In this document: positions 10,275 through 19,575 of the stretch, one piece after another
Layout: every line of letters starts with the position of its first letter
Numbering within the stretch: the stretch's first letter is position 1
Virus record (IMG/VR): IMGVR_UViG_3300034103_001746
Location: 85,533 to 149,532 of that record
DNA: 64,000 bases
From: a virus
Strand: one strand, 5' to 3'
Position numbers and translations under genes: made by a program
Notes under the pieces: model-generated
Databases searched by the model: none
What the model saw: only the letters and a program-made list of their open reading frames with translations
What the model was told of the DNA's origin: nothing

Positions 10275-11389
10275 AGCTTAGAGCCTATACTTTCATAGGA
10301 GAAGTTATTTAAACACGACATACCATTTTGTTGTTTTCTTAAAAGTAGAGAATCCTGTTTTTGATGCATATCATAAACCATTCTCATTTTTTCTATGAGA
10401 TCATAAATATCAACTTTATACCAATATTCATTAGCATTATAAATATCAAAATCTTCAGACAGTGTTCTCTGATTTAAAATCACAGGTGTTCTATGGCTTT
10501 TAACTAAAAAGCCATTATCATCAGTAATATAATCTTTCATTCCCGTATTTTGATTAACTATAGGAGTCTTACCAAGTACCACAGCTTCGGCAGCTGGTCT
10601 ACAAAATGCTTCGCCATAAGATGGTGCAACAAAACAATCACAAGAATTATGCAATCCGATAATATCTTGATAAGATAGTGAGTTAGTTATAATAATTTCT
10701 TTTTTGTATTTTTTACTAATGCCTAGCTTATTTTTGACAATATTAATTTCTTCTTCTAGTCTTCTAGCTACCTCTGTTGGATTTACTCCTCCTTGATTAG
10801 TTTTGATAATTAAGCACACGGGTTCAGAGTAATCGAAAGCTAAATTAAAAGCTATTACTAGATCAAGAATATTTTTTCTAAAATTATGTTCGCCTATAAA
10901 ATAGAACTTAAACATATTATCTAGTATACTATTGAGCGATAACTTATAGTTGCGATTTTCTTCAATAAATGCTGTGTCTAGCGGTTGTGAAATAATTTTA
11001 ATATTTGTGGTTACGCCCGATTTTTTGAGACATTGTTCCTCCATCTTTGATGGAACCCACACCTCATCCATCCTATTAATATTATCTATGCATACTGATT
11101 CTTTGATATTATTGGTTTCTAGTACAAATAGGCCAATATTTTTTGTATATGATTTATTTAAAAACAAGCAATGAGGTAGTGTTTTTTGTATGACCATATC
11201 ATAATGATCGTACCTATTATTTTCATATCCAATAATTTCTTGGTCATTAAAAGTTAAATCTGGTTTAGATAAATATATGGGTCTGGTTGTTATATTTTTG
11301 TGTTGTGTAGCTAAAGCTTTTATATAAGATCTTGTAGCCAACCCCCAACCATCATTTTGACGATAGGGCCCTATAAACAAAGTATTCAT
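10265..11389 (-). CDS. Glycosyltransferase family 4
   Basis: GWGLA, EVWVPS, RKNI, CDCFVAPSYGEAFCRPAAEA. Confidence 0.9.
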   Translation of the reverse strand: MNTLFIGPYRQNDGWGLATRSYIKALATQHKNITTRPIYLSKPDLTFNDQEIIGYENNRYDHYDMVIQKTLPHCLFLNKSYTKNIGLFVLETNNIKESVCIDNINRMDEVWVPSKMEEQCLKKSGVTTNIKIISQPLDTAFIEENRNYKLSLNSILDNMFKFYFIGEHNFRKNILDLVIAFNLAFDYSEPVCLIIKTNQGGVNPTEVARRLEEEINIVKNKLGISKKYKKEIIITNSLSYQDIIGLHNSCDCFVAPSYGEAFCRPAAEAVVLGKTPIVNQNTGMKDYITDDNGFLVKSHRTPVILNQRTLSEDFDIYNANEYWYKVDIYDLIEKMRMVYDMHQKQDSLLLRKQQNGMSCLNNFSYESIGSKLCI

Positions 11390-13056
11390 TTAATGCTATC
11401 CTTCATATGTGCATAATTAATATAATCTTCTGGATTTAATTTATCTAAATTATTTTTAGCCGTTTGTCCTAAATTATGGTTTTTAATAATAGTATTTAAT
11501 ATATCTAGTGCCTTTTGAACACTGTAACCTTCCGTACTTAATCCTTGAGTAATAAAACCATAATCTAAATCCCTAATGATATTTAGCATAATAGTTGATG
11601 ATCCAATTTGATGGTTAGGAAGATGTTTTGACACCAAGAAGGTTATTAGATCATATGAATTATTAATATTTTCTGGAATATCTGTAATTTCTTCCATTAA
11701 TGGAATTACTTGATCCCATTTACCTTGCAAACCAGTCAGTTGAATATTATCGAAATAATTTTCCCATTTTTTAGCTATGTCATCCCAATTATAATATTTT
11801 TCTGTTAATTTTCTAGTCTCAAATCTTTTTTGTTCCTTTAGTGGCTCAGGCATCTTATAAAAAGATTCAAGCGTTTGTATTAAATCTTTATTATCTGGAA
11901 AAACCCTAATGGCTCTGGTTTCTAATTCTTTGAAATATTGTCCAACCTTAATTGGGTAACCATTAACTTTCCTTACTACATCGCTCATAGCGCTATAGTC
12001 TATGGATGCAACTGGGACGCCGCAAGCAGAAGCTTCTACCTGTGGCATACCAAAACCTTCGCAAATAGCATATTGTACATAAATATCAAAAAGATTCATC
12101 ACCATGGCCAAGTTATTGGATGAAACACCATTACTAACATTTGGCATACTACAAGCCTTCTGTCCACATCTTGGACAAACTGCTACTGGATGTTGAAATA
12201 ATGATGGATAAAAATATCCACAGCTTTTGCAAGAATAAGTGAACAGCACCCTGTTTCCGATTTTGTATTCTTTTAATAGTTGCGGTATATCCCAACCAGC
12301 ATCCGGATAGCTTGTATGTAAATATAAATACAGGTTTTTGCCTAATTTATGATTGTTGGTTTGTTCACATTTTTCTAGTAGCTTTTTGATTGCGTAAAAT
12401 AAGTCTGGTATTAGTTTACGCTTTTGATTCCTCATTACTGACCCAACAATAAATAAGTCTTCGCTGAGATTAAACATCTTACGAAGTCCTTTTCTATCAG
12501 TTGTGGGTACGAATGTTTGTAGATCTACACCTGGAGATGTTGTGTCAATATAATTAATTTTGCCATTACTTTGTTTGATTAGGGTATCTCTACCAAAATC
12601 AGAATAAGTAAATATCGCATCCGCATGTAAAAACGTATCTATCCAATCCTCTTGTTGTGGTTCAGAATCGACTGTTGGCATTAGTACCCAGTGAAAAAAT
12701 GGTCTTAGTGGAGAGAATTGTTGATAAGAATTCATCCAATAATCTCTAACATCAAAAACCACATCTGGTTGAAAATCTAATAGAACTCTTTCAAATCTCC
12801 ATCGACCAAACTGATTTTCAGCAGAAGATTGGTATTCTGAATATCTGGGGTCTTTTTCATCAACGGCTCCAGCATAATATTTCCAATGAATATCTACGTC
12901 TTTTGGGTCGTTAGTTTTTCCATAACAAGCAAGTTCAGCTATGTCATACTTGCCTGTGGCATGAAGTCTCTTTAATATTTCTTTAGCATAAGTACCGAAT
13001 CCTGAGCTTAAAAAGCTAGCCTCTGATACCATTAAGATTTTAAGTTTTTTATTCAT
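11386..13056 (-). CDS. Glycosyltransferase family 4 with inserted Zn-finger
   Basis: SGFG, MRNQKRK, EGFGMPQVEASACGVP; insert CKSC...CPRC. Confidence 0.9.
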   Translation of the reverse strand: MNKKLKILMVSEASFLSSGFGTYAKEILKRLHATGKYDIAELACYGKTNDPKDVDIHWKYYAGAVDEKDPRYSEYQSSAENQFGRWRFERVLLDFQPDVVFDVRDYWMNSYQQFSPLRPFFHWVLMPTVDSEPQQEDWIDTFLHADAIFTYSDFGRDTLIKQSNGKINYIDTTSPGVDLQTFVPTTDRKGLRKMFNLSEDLFIVGSVMRNQKRKLIPDLFYAIKKLLEKCEQTNNHKLGKNLYLYLHTSYPDAGWDIPQLLKEYKIGNRVLFTYSCKSCGYFYPSLFQHPVAVCPRCGQKACSMPNVSNGVSSNNLAMVMNLFDIYVQYAICEGFGMPQVEASACGVPVASIDYSAMSDVVRKVNGYPIKVGQYFKELETRAIRVFPDNKDLIQTLESFYKMPEPLKEQKRFETRKLTEKYYNWDDIAKKWENYFDNIQLTGLQGKWDQVIPLMEEITDIPENINNSYDLITFLVSKHLPNHQIGSSTIMLNIIRDLDYGFITQGLSTEGYSVQKALDILNTIIKNHNLGQTAKNNLDKLNPEDYINYAHMKDSIK

Positions 13057-13071
13057 ATTAGATGATAAGAG

Positions 13072-13105
13072 AAAAAAGATAGGGGGTTTTTACACCCCCA
13101 TCTTT
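13072..13105 (-). terminator. Rho-independent terminator after ssb
   Basis: Minus-strand GATGGGGGT-GTAAAA-ACCCCCTATC followed by TTTTTT. Confidence 0.8.
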
Positions 13106-13121
13106 AAGAATGAAAAATATA

Positions 13122-13499
13122 TCAGAACGCTACGGTTTCGTTCTGTTCGGACTTATTCTTCTTTGATAGCTTGGTAATCTTGGAGAAGTTGTTTACGCGT
13201 ACCTTTAGAGTACTATGCTTTACTCCATCCTTTTCCCAAGAATCATTACGCAATGAGCCTTCAACTAGCACTAGATCGCCCTTCTTAAAAGAATCAGCGA
13301 TGATCTCAGCGCCTGTGTCCCAGGCTTCACATGAAACGAATGTTGTTACCTTATCCTTTTCACCATTAGACTTGGTATACTCACGAGAAACAGCAACTGT
13401 AAAGTTAACAACAGTAGTCTGCCTTCCGCCAGTGTTAACAACACGAACTTCTGGATCACGAGCTAAATTTCCTCTTAAGATATTAATATTCATATTCAA
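13122..13499 (-). CDS. ssb: Single-stranded DNA-binding protein
   Basis: LRGNLARDPE, FTVAV, CEAW, KGDLVLVEGSL; AAGGAG SD. Confidence 0.95.
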   Translation of the reverse strand: MNMNINILRGNLARDPEVRVVNTGGRQTTVVNFTVAVSREYTKSNGEKDKVTTFVSCEAWDTGAEIIADSFKKGDLVLVEGSLRNDSWEKDGVKHSTLKVRVNNFSKITKLSKKNKSEQNETVAF

Positions 13500-13531
13500 A
13501 CTCCTTGATGTGAAAAACCAAATTACAAACT

Positions 13532-13560
13532 ATTATAGAAGGTCTCTGATCGGTGTCAAG
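13532..13560 (-). promoter_or_regulatory. Sigma70-type promoter for ssb
   Basis: TTGACA-16 nt-TATAAT on the minus strand. Confidence 0.75.
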
Positions 13561-15181
13561 ATTTTGCGATGTAAGCCTTTTCCACTATGAGCGAATCCCC
13601 GGTCTTTGACCTATTACCTTTCACTATGATAACATTGCTTCCAAACAACAAGTTTCTATAGCTTCTGTATTGCTCTGGAAAAAATACAACAGAATCTAAC
13701 ACACCAGAACCATCTGTTAATGTTACAAATGCCATCTCTAAACCGGGATTCTTTCCTGTTTTGGTTTTGGTAACACTAATATTGTCTACCTCTCCACATA
13801 ATATGATATTATCTTTATTGAGACTATTTTTAAATTCTTTACAAGTTGTATTAGTCATACTAATATCATACATATCAACCTTGGAACACGTTATACTACA
13901 ACCGAGCGTTTCTTCCTCTGTATCCGCTATCCATTCTGGATTATCTTCTAAAGCATATGGAGGTCTCTTTAAAGTATTAAGTAAGTTTTGTACTACAGTT
14001 ACTCTGTTTTTATTGAGTTTGCCTATTTTCATTAATCCTATAAAAGCATCTTCTAAATTAGAATAAGAATATATATTTGTTAATATCGTTCCGATTTCTT
14101 TCTTTGTCAATTCATTTATTAAACTCAATTCAAACAACATAGAGTTTCTGGTCTTTTTTAAAAAAGACAAGGCCCCGCTCTGAATTAAAGATTTTGCTGC
14201 TGTAGAATTAATGTCTGATAGTATCATTAAAGCTGTTTGAATCCAGTTCAATTTATTTAAATCTATTTGCTTACTAGATATAATATTATTTAGTTTTTCA
14301 TATACAGCATTTCCAAATCCCTTGATATCTGTTAAGCCAAAATAAATTTGATTATTTTTTAAGATAAATAACTTGTTCAGATTACGAATGTCTGGGGTGC
14401 TAACAGTTATATCCATCTCGCTAGCATTTTGTACTAATTCTTTAATTTCTGCTTTTGGATCAATTTTATCTTTAGCAAATCGTAAATAAGATGCGAAAAA
14501 TATTTTTGGGAAATGCGATTTGGTATACGCTGATAAATATGCATTAATAGCATAGCTAACAGCATGTGACTTATTAAAAGAATATCTTTGAGACTTTTCA
14601 ATCCAACCAAAGATCTGCTCTGCCTCATCTTCTGTGACTAAATTTAGATTTTTAGCACCCAATAAAAATTTTGATTTAACTTTAGCCATTTCTTCTGGCT
14701 TTTTCTTTCCAATAGCTTTTCTTAACATATCGGCTTCTTGTAGATTAAAACCAGCGATAGTTTTAGCGATCTCCATCGCTTGTTCCTGATAAATCATTTC
14801 GCCATATGTTGTTTTCAAAATGGGTTCTAGAGATGGATGAAAATTATCTATAGTTTCTTGTCCATTTTTTTTATCTATATAGTGATTAGTCACACTCTTT
14901 CCATCACGTATAGCCTCTAAGCATCCGGGTCTAAGAATACTGATTAGGGCAGATAATTCTTCAATATTGGAAGGTTTTAATTTTTTAGCAATAGATCTTC
15001 CTAGTCTAGACTCCAACTGAAAACAACCTTTTGTGTTTCCATCAGATATTAAATCCCATGTTTTATAACATTCCAAATTGATAGTTTCAATACGGGGATC
15101 AAAGGACAATTTCATATCCTCTCCTTCGCCCGAAATAATATTAAAAGAACATCCGCACGGATATTGAAATTTTTTAGACAT
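13556..15181 (-). CDS. dnaE: DNA polymerase III alpha subunit, C-terminal half (fingers, HhH, OB)
   Basis: GCFQLES, LRPG, TYGEMIYQEQ, ADMLRKAIGKK, YSFNKSHAVSYA, FGLTDIKG, MAFVTLTDGSG. Confidence 0.93.
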   Translation of the reverse strand: MSKKFQYPCGCSFNIISGEGEDMKLSFDPRIETINLECYKTWDLISDGNTKGCFQLESRLGRSIAKKLKPSNIEELSALISILRPGCLEAIRDGKSVTNHYIDKKNGQETIDNFHPSLEPILKTTYGEMIYQEQAMEIAKTIAGFNLQEADMLRKAIGKKKPEEMAKVKSKFLLGAKNLNLVTEDEAEQIFGWIEKSQRYSFNKSHAVSYAINAYLSAYTKSHFPKIFFASYLRFAKDKIDPKAEIKELVQNASEMDITVSTPDIRNLNKLFILKNNQIYFGLTDIKGFGNAVYEKLNNIISSKQIDLNKLNWIQTALMILSDINSTAAKSLIQSGALSFLKKTRNSMLFELSLINELTKKEIGTILTNIYSYSNLEDAFIGLMKIGKLNKNRVTVVQNLLNTLKRPPYALEDNPEWIADTEEETLGCSITCSKVDMYDISMTNTTCKEFKNSLNKDNIILCGEVDNISVTKTKTGKNPGLEMAFVTLTDGSGVLDSVVFFPEQYRSYRNLLFGSNVIIVKGNRSKTGDSLIVEKAYIAKS

Positions 15182-15869
15182 TGCCTGAAAAAGAATCCTT
15201 AAACTTAATTTTTTGAGCCAAATTTCTGTGTAGTTTTAGAAACCTAATAAGAATTTCTGCACAATCTTGTACGTCTTTTAGAGCGTCGTGAGCGCCTTCT
15301 TTCGATAATCCAACATAATCCCTCACAGAATCAAGAGTATAGCTCTTTAAGTCATTATTGTATTCAAACCAATAAAAAATTAAATTCATTATATCAACTA
15401 CGTCTCTTGGGAAAAAGACATTAGAGGTACCTTCTTTATTTGTATTTCCATATTTACCACTAAGCCTATCTATAATTTTGAGATCAAATCTATTGATATT
15501 ATATCCAGCAGCAATTGGGGCTGTAAATTGACTCTTTTTAGAAGACCTAGTATGATACATATCTAGATAATTTACAAACAGTTTCCAAGATTGTTCTTGA
15601 GAAGGGTAGTTTTTCCATTGGCTTAATATATCGTCTTTAGAACAACTTTTAACTTTTGCATGAAAATCCAGAATGTCTGTGGTATAAGTATAGTTATCAT
15701 CATTCGCCAAAACTTCCGGCTTAAAGAAAATATTAAATTCGGATTTTGGTATAACCTCTAATTTGATCGGGTCGATCATGACAGCAGCTATTTGTACAGG
15801 ACTGCATTGCTTAGGATCGGATCCATCTGTTTCAAAATCGAATACGCAAATTTTGTTATAATTAATCAT
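15174..15869 (-). CDS. dnaQ: DEDDh 3'-5' exonuclease (Pol III epsilon-like)
   Basis: VFDFETDG, AGYNINRFD, HDALKD. Confidence 0.9.
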   Translation of the reverse strand: MINYNKICVFDFETDGSDPKQCSPVQIAAVMIDPIKLEVIPKSEFNIFFKPEVLANDDNYTYTTDILDFHAKVKSCSKDDILSQWKNYPSQEQSWKLFVNYLDMYHTRSSKKSQFTAPIAAGYNINRFDLKIIDRLSGKYGNTNKEGTSNVFFPRDVVDIMNLIFYWFEYNNDLKSYTLDSVRDYVGLSKEGAHDALKDVQDCAEILIRFLKLHRNLAQKIKFKDSFSGNV

Positions 15870-16053
15870 TAACTTCTACTTCTGTAATTGGTATGACTTG
15901 AATTTTTGTGTTACTATCATTAGCTTGTGATGCATTATTAACATGGCAACAACTAACTCTTTCATCAGGTATCTTCACATATTCGATACCGTTTAGAGTA
16001 AATTTGTCACCAACCTGAACATCAATAAACTTTTTTAAAGACATATTAATCAC
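15862..16053 (-). CDS. Small hypothetical protein
   Basis: 63-aa ORF overlapping both neighbours. Confidence 0.65.
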   Translation of the reverse strand: MINMSLKKFIDVQVGDKFTLNGIEYVKIPDERVSCCHVNNASQANDSNTKIQVIPITEVEVND

Positions 16054-17921
16054 CTATCTCCTAGAATATCTTGAATTGTCATAATTTTATCCAACATTGC
16101 TACTCCTAATATATCAAATTTAATAATACCAATTGATTCTAAATCTTGCATTTCCATTCCCGCTATTAATTGCTTATTCTTAGAGTCATAAACCATTGGA
16201 CAGGCTTCGTTCAATGGTAATGCACTGATAGCAATACCGGCCGCGTGTTTGGATTGATTCGATTTAGTACCCTCTAATCTAATAGCTTGTTCGAAGCGTT
16301 TGGCAAGTGGTCCTTGTAGTTCATTTTTTTCATCAATAAAGCACCACTCTTTGAGTTTGTCCGGATTATTCTCCAAAGCCCATCTAATAATAGACGCTTC
16401 TCCGGTTTCTTCTTTCATTTCTTGTAAATCGTCTGCTATTTTGGCTTCGTCCGGAATATTTTTAGTAATTTTATTCATTTCATCAAAAGAAATATTGCCA
16501 TATACTCTTAATACGTCCTTCAAGGCTCCTCGACCCTTAATAGTATTAAATGTAATCATTTGAGAAACTTTATCGTGACCATATTTGTTTTTAATATATT
16601 CAATAATAGTTTCTCTCTTATTGATCGGTACGTCCACATCAATATCTGGCATGGATATATGGTCTTTTGAGTTACGACCAGCATTATAAAATCGATCAAA
16701 CATTAGATTATATTTCATCGGATCAATACTGGTAATACCAATAAGATAAGATACTAAACAACCGGCAGCACTACCTCTACCCGGACCCGGAAGCCAAGAG
16801 TTATGTCTTACATAGTTAACAATATCTTGTACTATCAAAAAGTAGCTACTAAGTCCAGCTCCTTGTAGAACTTCTAGTTCATATTTAATTCTATCTACAT
16901 ATTGTTGTTGATCGTCTTTATTAATAGTGTTTGCTATTTTGTCTCTCCAGCCATCTCTACACAGTTGTCTTAGATATTCGTCTGGATTATATCCATCAGG
17001 ACAAGCAAACGGAGGAAGCCTAGGCTTACTCAAAACATTATATTCTTCACACAAACCAGCAACAAAATTGGTATTTTCTATTTCTTCTTCTGTATGCAGA
17101 CTATTCATTTCTTCTTGTGACAACAAATGAAAGTTATCAGAAGTAAAAAAACAAGAAAGAGGAACTTCTTCGTCATTGCTAATTTTTCTACTAATTTCTG
17201 GAAATGTTGTCTTTAAATTGTTACACAGTAGGATTCTTTGGTCATTAGCATCTTCTTTACGACAATAATGAGCATCTGGTGTGCAAACCACTTTAGTATT
17301 AGTGAGTTTTCCCAATTCTCTGACCACACCGGTTAAATCTTTTTGGATCGGGGTGTTGTTCATATCCATTAACTGAGATTCTAAAAAGAAATTATCTTTA
17401 CCAAAGATATCTTTCAATATACCTATTTGCTCTAGTCCTACATTTTTCCAATCCTTAATTAATGCGTTATTTTGAACTATCTTGTCCGCTAATACAGAGC
17501 CTAAATGACCACAAATGCCTATAATGTCGCCATCGCAAAATCTAGCAACATGATCTAGACTTAATCTGGGTTTATGATAATAAAAATCTGGCCTATTAGA
17601 TTCAGACACCAACTGAATAAGTTTATTCCAACCCTTTAAGTTTTTTGCCAAAACAAGAAAATGACTTAAGTCTTTATTAGACTTGTCTTGTATTGTGGGG
17701 TCTTGATCACAAACATAAATCTCGCAACCTAGTATGGGTTTGATGCCCTTAGACTTCATTTCTGTATAAAACTTAATAGCCCCAGCTATATTTCCGTGAT
17801 CTGTTAAGGCACAAGCAGATGCCCCAATTTCTTGACATCTTTCTGATATTTGTGATGGTTTTGATAGTCCGTCCAACAAACTAAACATTGAGTGACAATG
17901 TAAAGGTATATAATTCCTCAT
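16050..17921 (-). CDS. dnaE: DNA polymerase III alpha subunit, N-terminal half (PHP, palm, thumb)
   Basis: HCHSMFSLLDG, TDHGN, DAHY, GPGRGSAAG, MPDIDVD, SKHAAG, KFDILG. Confidence 0.95.
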   Translation of the reverse strand: MRNYIPLHCHSMFSLLDGLSKPSQISERCQEIGASACALTDHGNIAGAIKFYTEMKSKGIKPILGCEIYVCDQDPTIQDKSNKDLSHFLVLAKNLKGWNKLIQLVSESNRPDFYYHKPRLSLDHVARFCDGDIIGICGHLGSVLADKIVQNNALIKDWKNVGLEQIGILKDIFGKDNFFLESQLMDMNNTPIQKDLTGVVRELGKLTNTKVVCTPDAHYCRKEDANDQRILLCNNLKTTFPEISRKISNDEEVPLSCFFTSDNFHLLSQEEMNSLHTEEEIENTNFVAGLCEEYNVLSKPRLPPFACPDGYNPDEYLRQLCRDGWRDKIANTINKDDQQQYVDRIKYELEVLQGAGLSSYFLIVQDIVNYVRHNSWLPGPGRGSAAGCLVSYLIGITSIDPMKYNLMFDRFYNAGRNSKDHISMPDIDVDVPINKRETIIEYIKNKYGHDKVSQMITFNTIKGRGALKDVLRVYGNISFDEMNKITKNIPDEAKIADDLQEMKEETGEASIIRWALENNPDKLKEWCFIDEKNELQGPLAKRFEQAIRLEGTKSNQSKHAAGIAISALPLNEACPMVYDSKNKQLIAGMEMQDLESIGIIKFDILGVAMLDKIMTIQDILGDR

Positions 17922-18961
17922 TCTACGCTTCCTGGTGCTTTGTACTTACCAACAGTATAGCCGGGAGTCGTGTACTCGTCAACAACGTTTTTTATACCTT
18001 TCATCTCTATATCGTGTCGAATTTGTTCACATTTAGTCATAAATTTATCTTTTTGTGTTACCTGACCATCTCTATATTCTATTATTGGTAACAACTTAGA
18101 GTTTTCAAAAGTTGTTTTTCCAAAATGGCATAATTTAGTACATTTCCATGTTTTGGTTAGTTTCGGGATTTGAGCATTTTTAATTGCTTCAAATTTTTTA
18201 CGAAGCATTTCTTCTGTAGATAATAAATCATCTTTATCATAGCAAATAGTAAATGGTCCACCATCATTAATAAAATTAATAGAGACCATTACATGATCAA
18301 TATCAGGATATAACTGACTCACAGCATAATGATATATTTTAAGCTGAGGATCATTTTGTAACTTCTCATGAGTTTTTTCCTCACCAGTTGCCCAATCTAA
18401 TCTTCTTCCTGTTTTCCAGTCTATAATTTCTATAGTATTATTATCTACTTTTGTTATTAAGTCTATTGTACCTTTAATTGCTAAATTACCCTCTATAATT
18501 TCTCCTTGATGATTATATTTAAATTTTGCCCACTCTCTTTTGATTTCTATATCAAAATGTTGTTCGGGCTGTAGGATATTTCTATTTCTAGGATCAAACA
18601 TTCCATTATTACTGTCTAATGCCTTATGTACCCAAGCGTGACAATCTTTATAGTCCTTTAGTTCCCATGCGTGGTGAGTAAATTGGCTAGTATAGTAATT
18701 ATAGACTTTCTCAATAATAGTGTTCAAATTATATTTGTTTGTACTAACTTTTCCAATAACATCGTCTATTATGTCTTTTTCTTTATTTTGGTCGGCCAAT
18801 TTGATACAGGCTAGAATTTCTAGAACTTTATGTACTATTGTTCCTTTGTCTGCTTTTTTATTCGAGGGTGATCTCATTCCAAGAACATACTCTATAAAAT
18901 ATTGCTGTTCGCACATAGAGTGTGTGCCATAGGAACTACTTCTAAGGTATGTAATTATAAT
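17918..18961 (-). CDS. PD-(D/E)XK nuclease (RecB/Cas4-like), probable ATT start
   Basis: GTIVHKVLE, KGTIDL, IIDWKTG, QLKIY and C-terminal Cys. The frame extends 15 codons upstream of the ATG at 18916 to an ATT preceded by an SD. Confidence 0.85.
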   Translation of the reverse strand: MIITYLRSSSYGTHSMCEQQYFIEYVLGMRSPSNKKADKGTIVHKVLEILACIKLADQNKEKDIIDDVIGKVSTNKYNLNTIIEKVYNYYTSQFTHHAWELKDYKDCHAWVHKALDSNNGMFDPRNRNILQPEQHFDIEIKREWAKFKYNHQGEIIEGNLAIKGTIDLITKVDNNTIEIIDWKTGRRLDWATGEEKTHEKLQNDPQLKIYHYAVSQLYPDIDHVMVSINFINDGGPFTICYDKDDLLSTEEMLRKKFEAIKNAQIPKLTKTWKCTKLCHFGKTTFENSKLLPIIEYRDGQVTQKDKFMTKCEQIRHDIEMKGIKNVVDEYTTPGYTVGKYKAPGSVE

Positions 18962-19575
18962 GGTAGTATTCCCTCGGTTTTAAGAAAATGAAAGATTTGA
19001 TTATTTTTATCATCTAGATTTAGATTTTGATTATCTACAACTAGACTAAATTTAGACCAATCATAATTATTTTTATCTAAAGCAACTTCAGCTTCTGCAT
19101 TGGAGTTAAATAGATCTCTGGTTAGTCTAATAACAAATCCTCCAACATTGAGTATTCCATCAACCTCATTAGGGAATCTATTGTCTAATACTATTGCTAG
19201 ATCGTATTGTTCTCTATCAATTTTATCTAAAGTGGCATCAACCCATATATTATTTTTGATTTTTCTAAATATTTTAGTGCCAACAACTTCCATGACTTCT
19301 CTGGCAGTCATGTATTCATCTCTGTTACAGTCTATGCCGGGTATGTCTTTCCACTTTACAGAAGTTAAAGTATTTTTTTGCTCGTCTGTACCATAGCATT
19401 GTTCATGTGTTAAACCCAATAAATTAATACATATGTCTTGTTTTAATGGATCAGCAAAGCTATATAGTTTATAACTGATTGGTAAATTATAAGTTTTGAT
19501 AAGATGTTCTATATATTCTCCTCCAGTACTTTTACCAGATTGCTTGCGTCCAGAAAAGGCTAAAATTTTTGTCAT
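18955..19575 (-). CDS. Deoxynucleoside monophosphate kinase
   Basis: SGRKQSGKST, SFADPLK, REVMEVVGT, DNRFPNE. Confidence 0.9.
   Translation of the reverse strand: MTKILAFSGRKQSGKSTGGEYIEHLIKTYNLPISYKLYSFADPLKQDICINLLGLTHEQCYGTDEQKNTLTSVKWKDIPGIDCNRDEYMTAREVMEVVGTKIFRKIKNNIWVDATLDKIDREQYDLAIVLDNRFPNEVDGILNVGGFVIRLTRDLFNSNAEAEVALDKNNYDWSKFSLVVDNQNLNLDDKNNQIFHFLKTEGILPL

Noticed and set aside
17918-18961. CRISPR-Cas system (Cas4-like gene)
   Set aside because: No repeat-spacer array or other cas genes; the context is replication, so this is a stand-alone nuclease.
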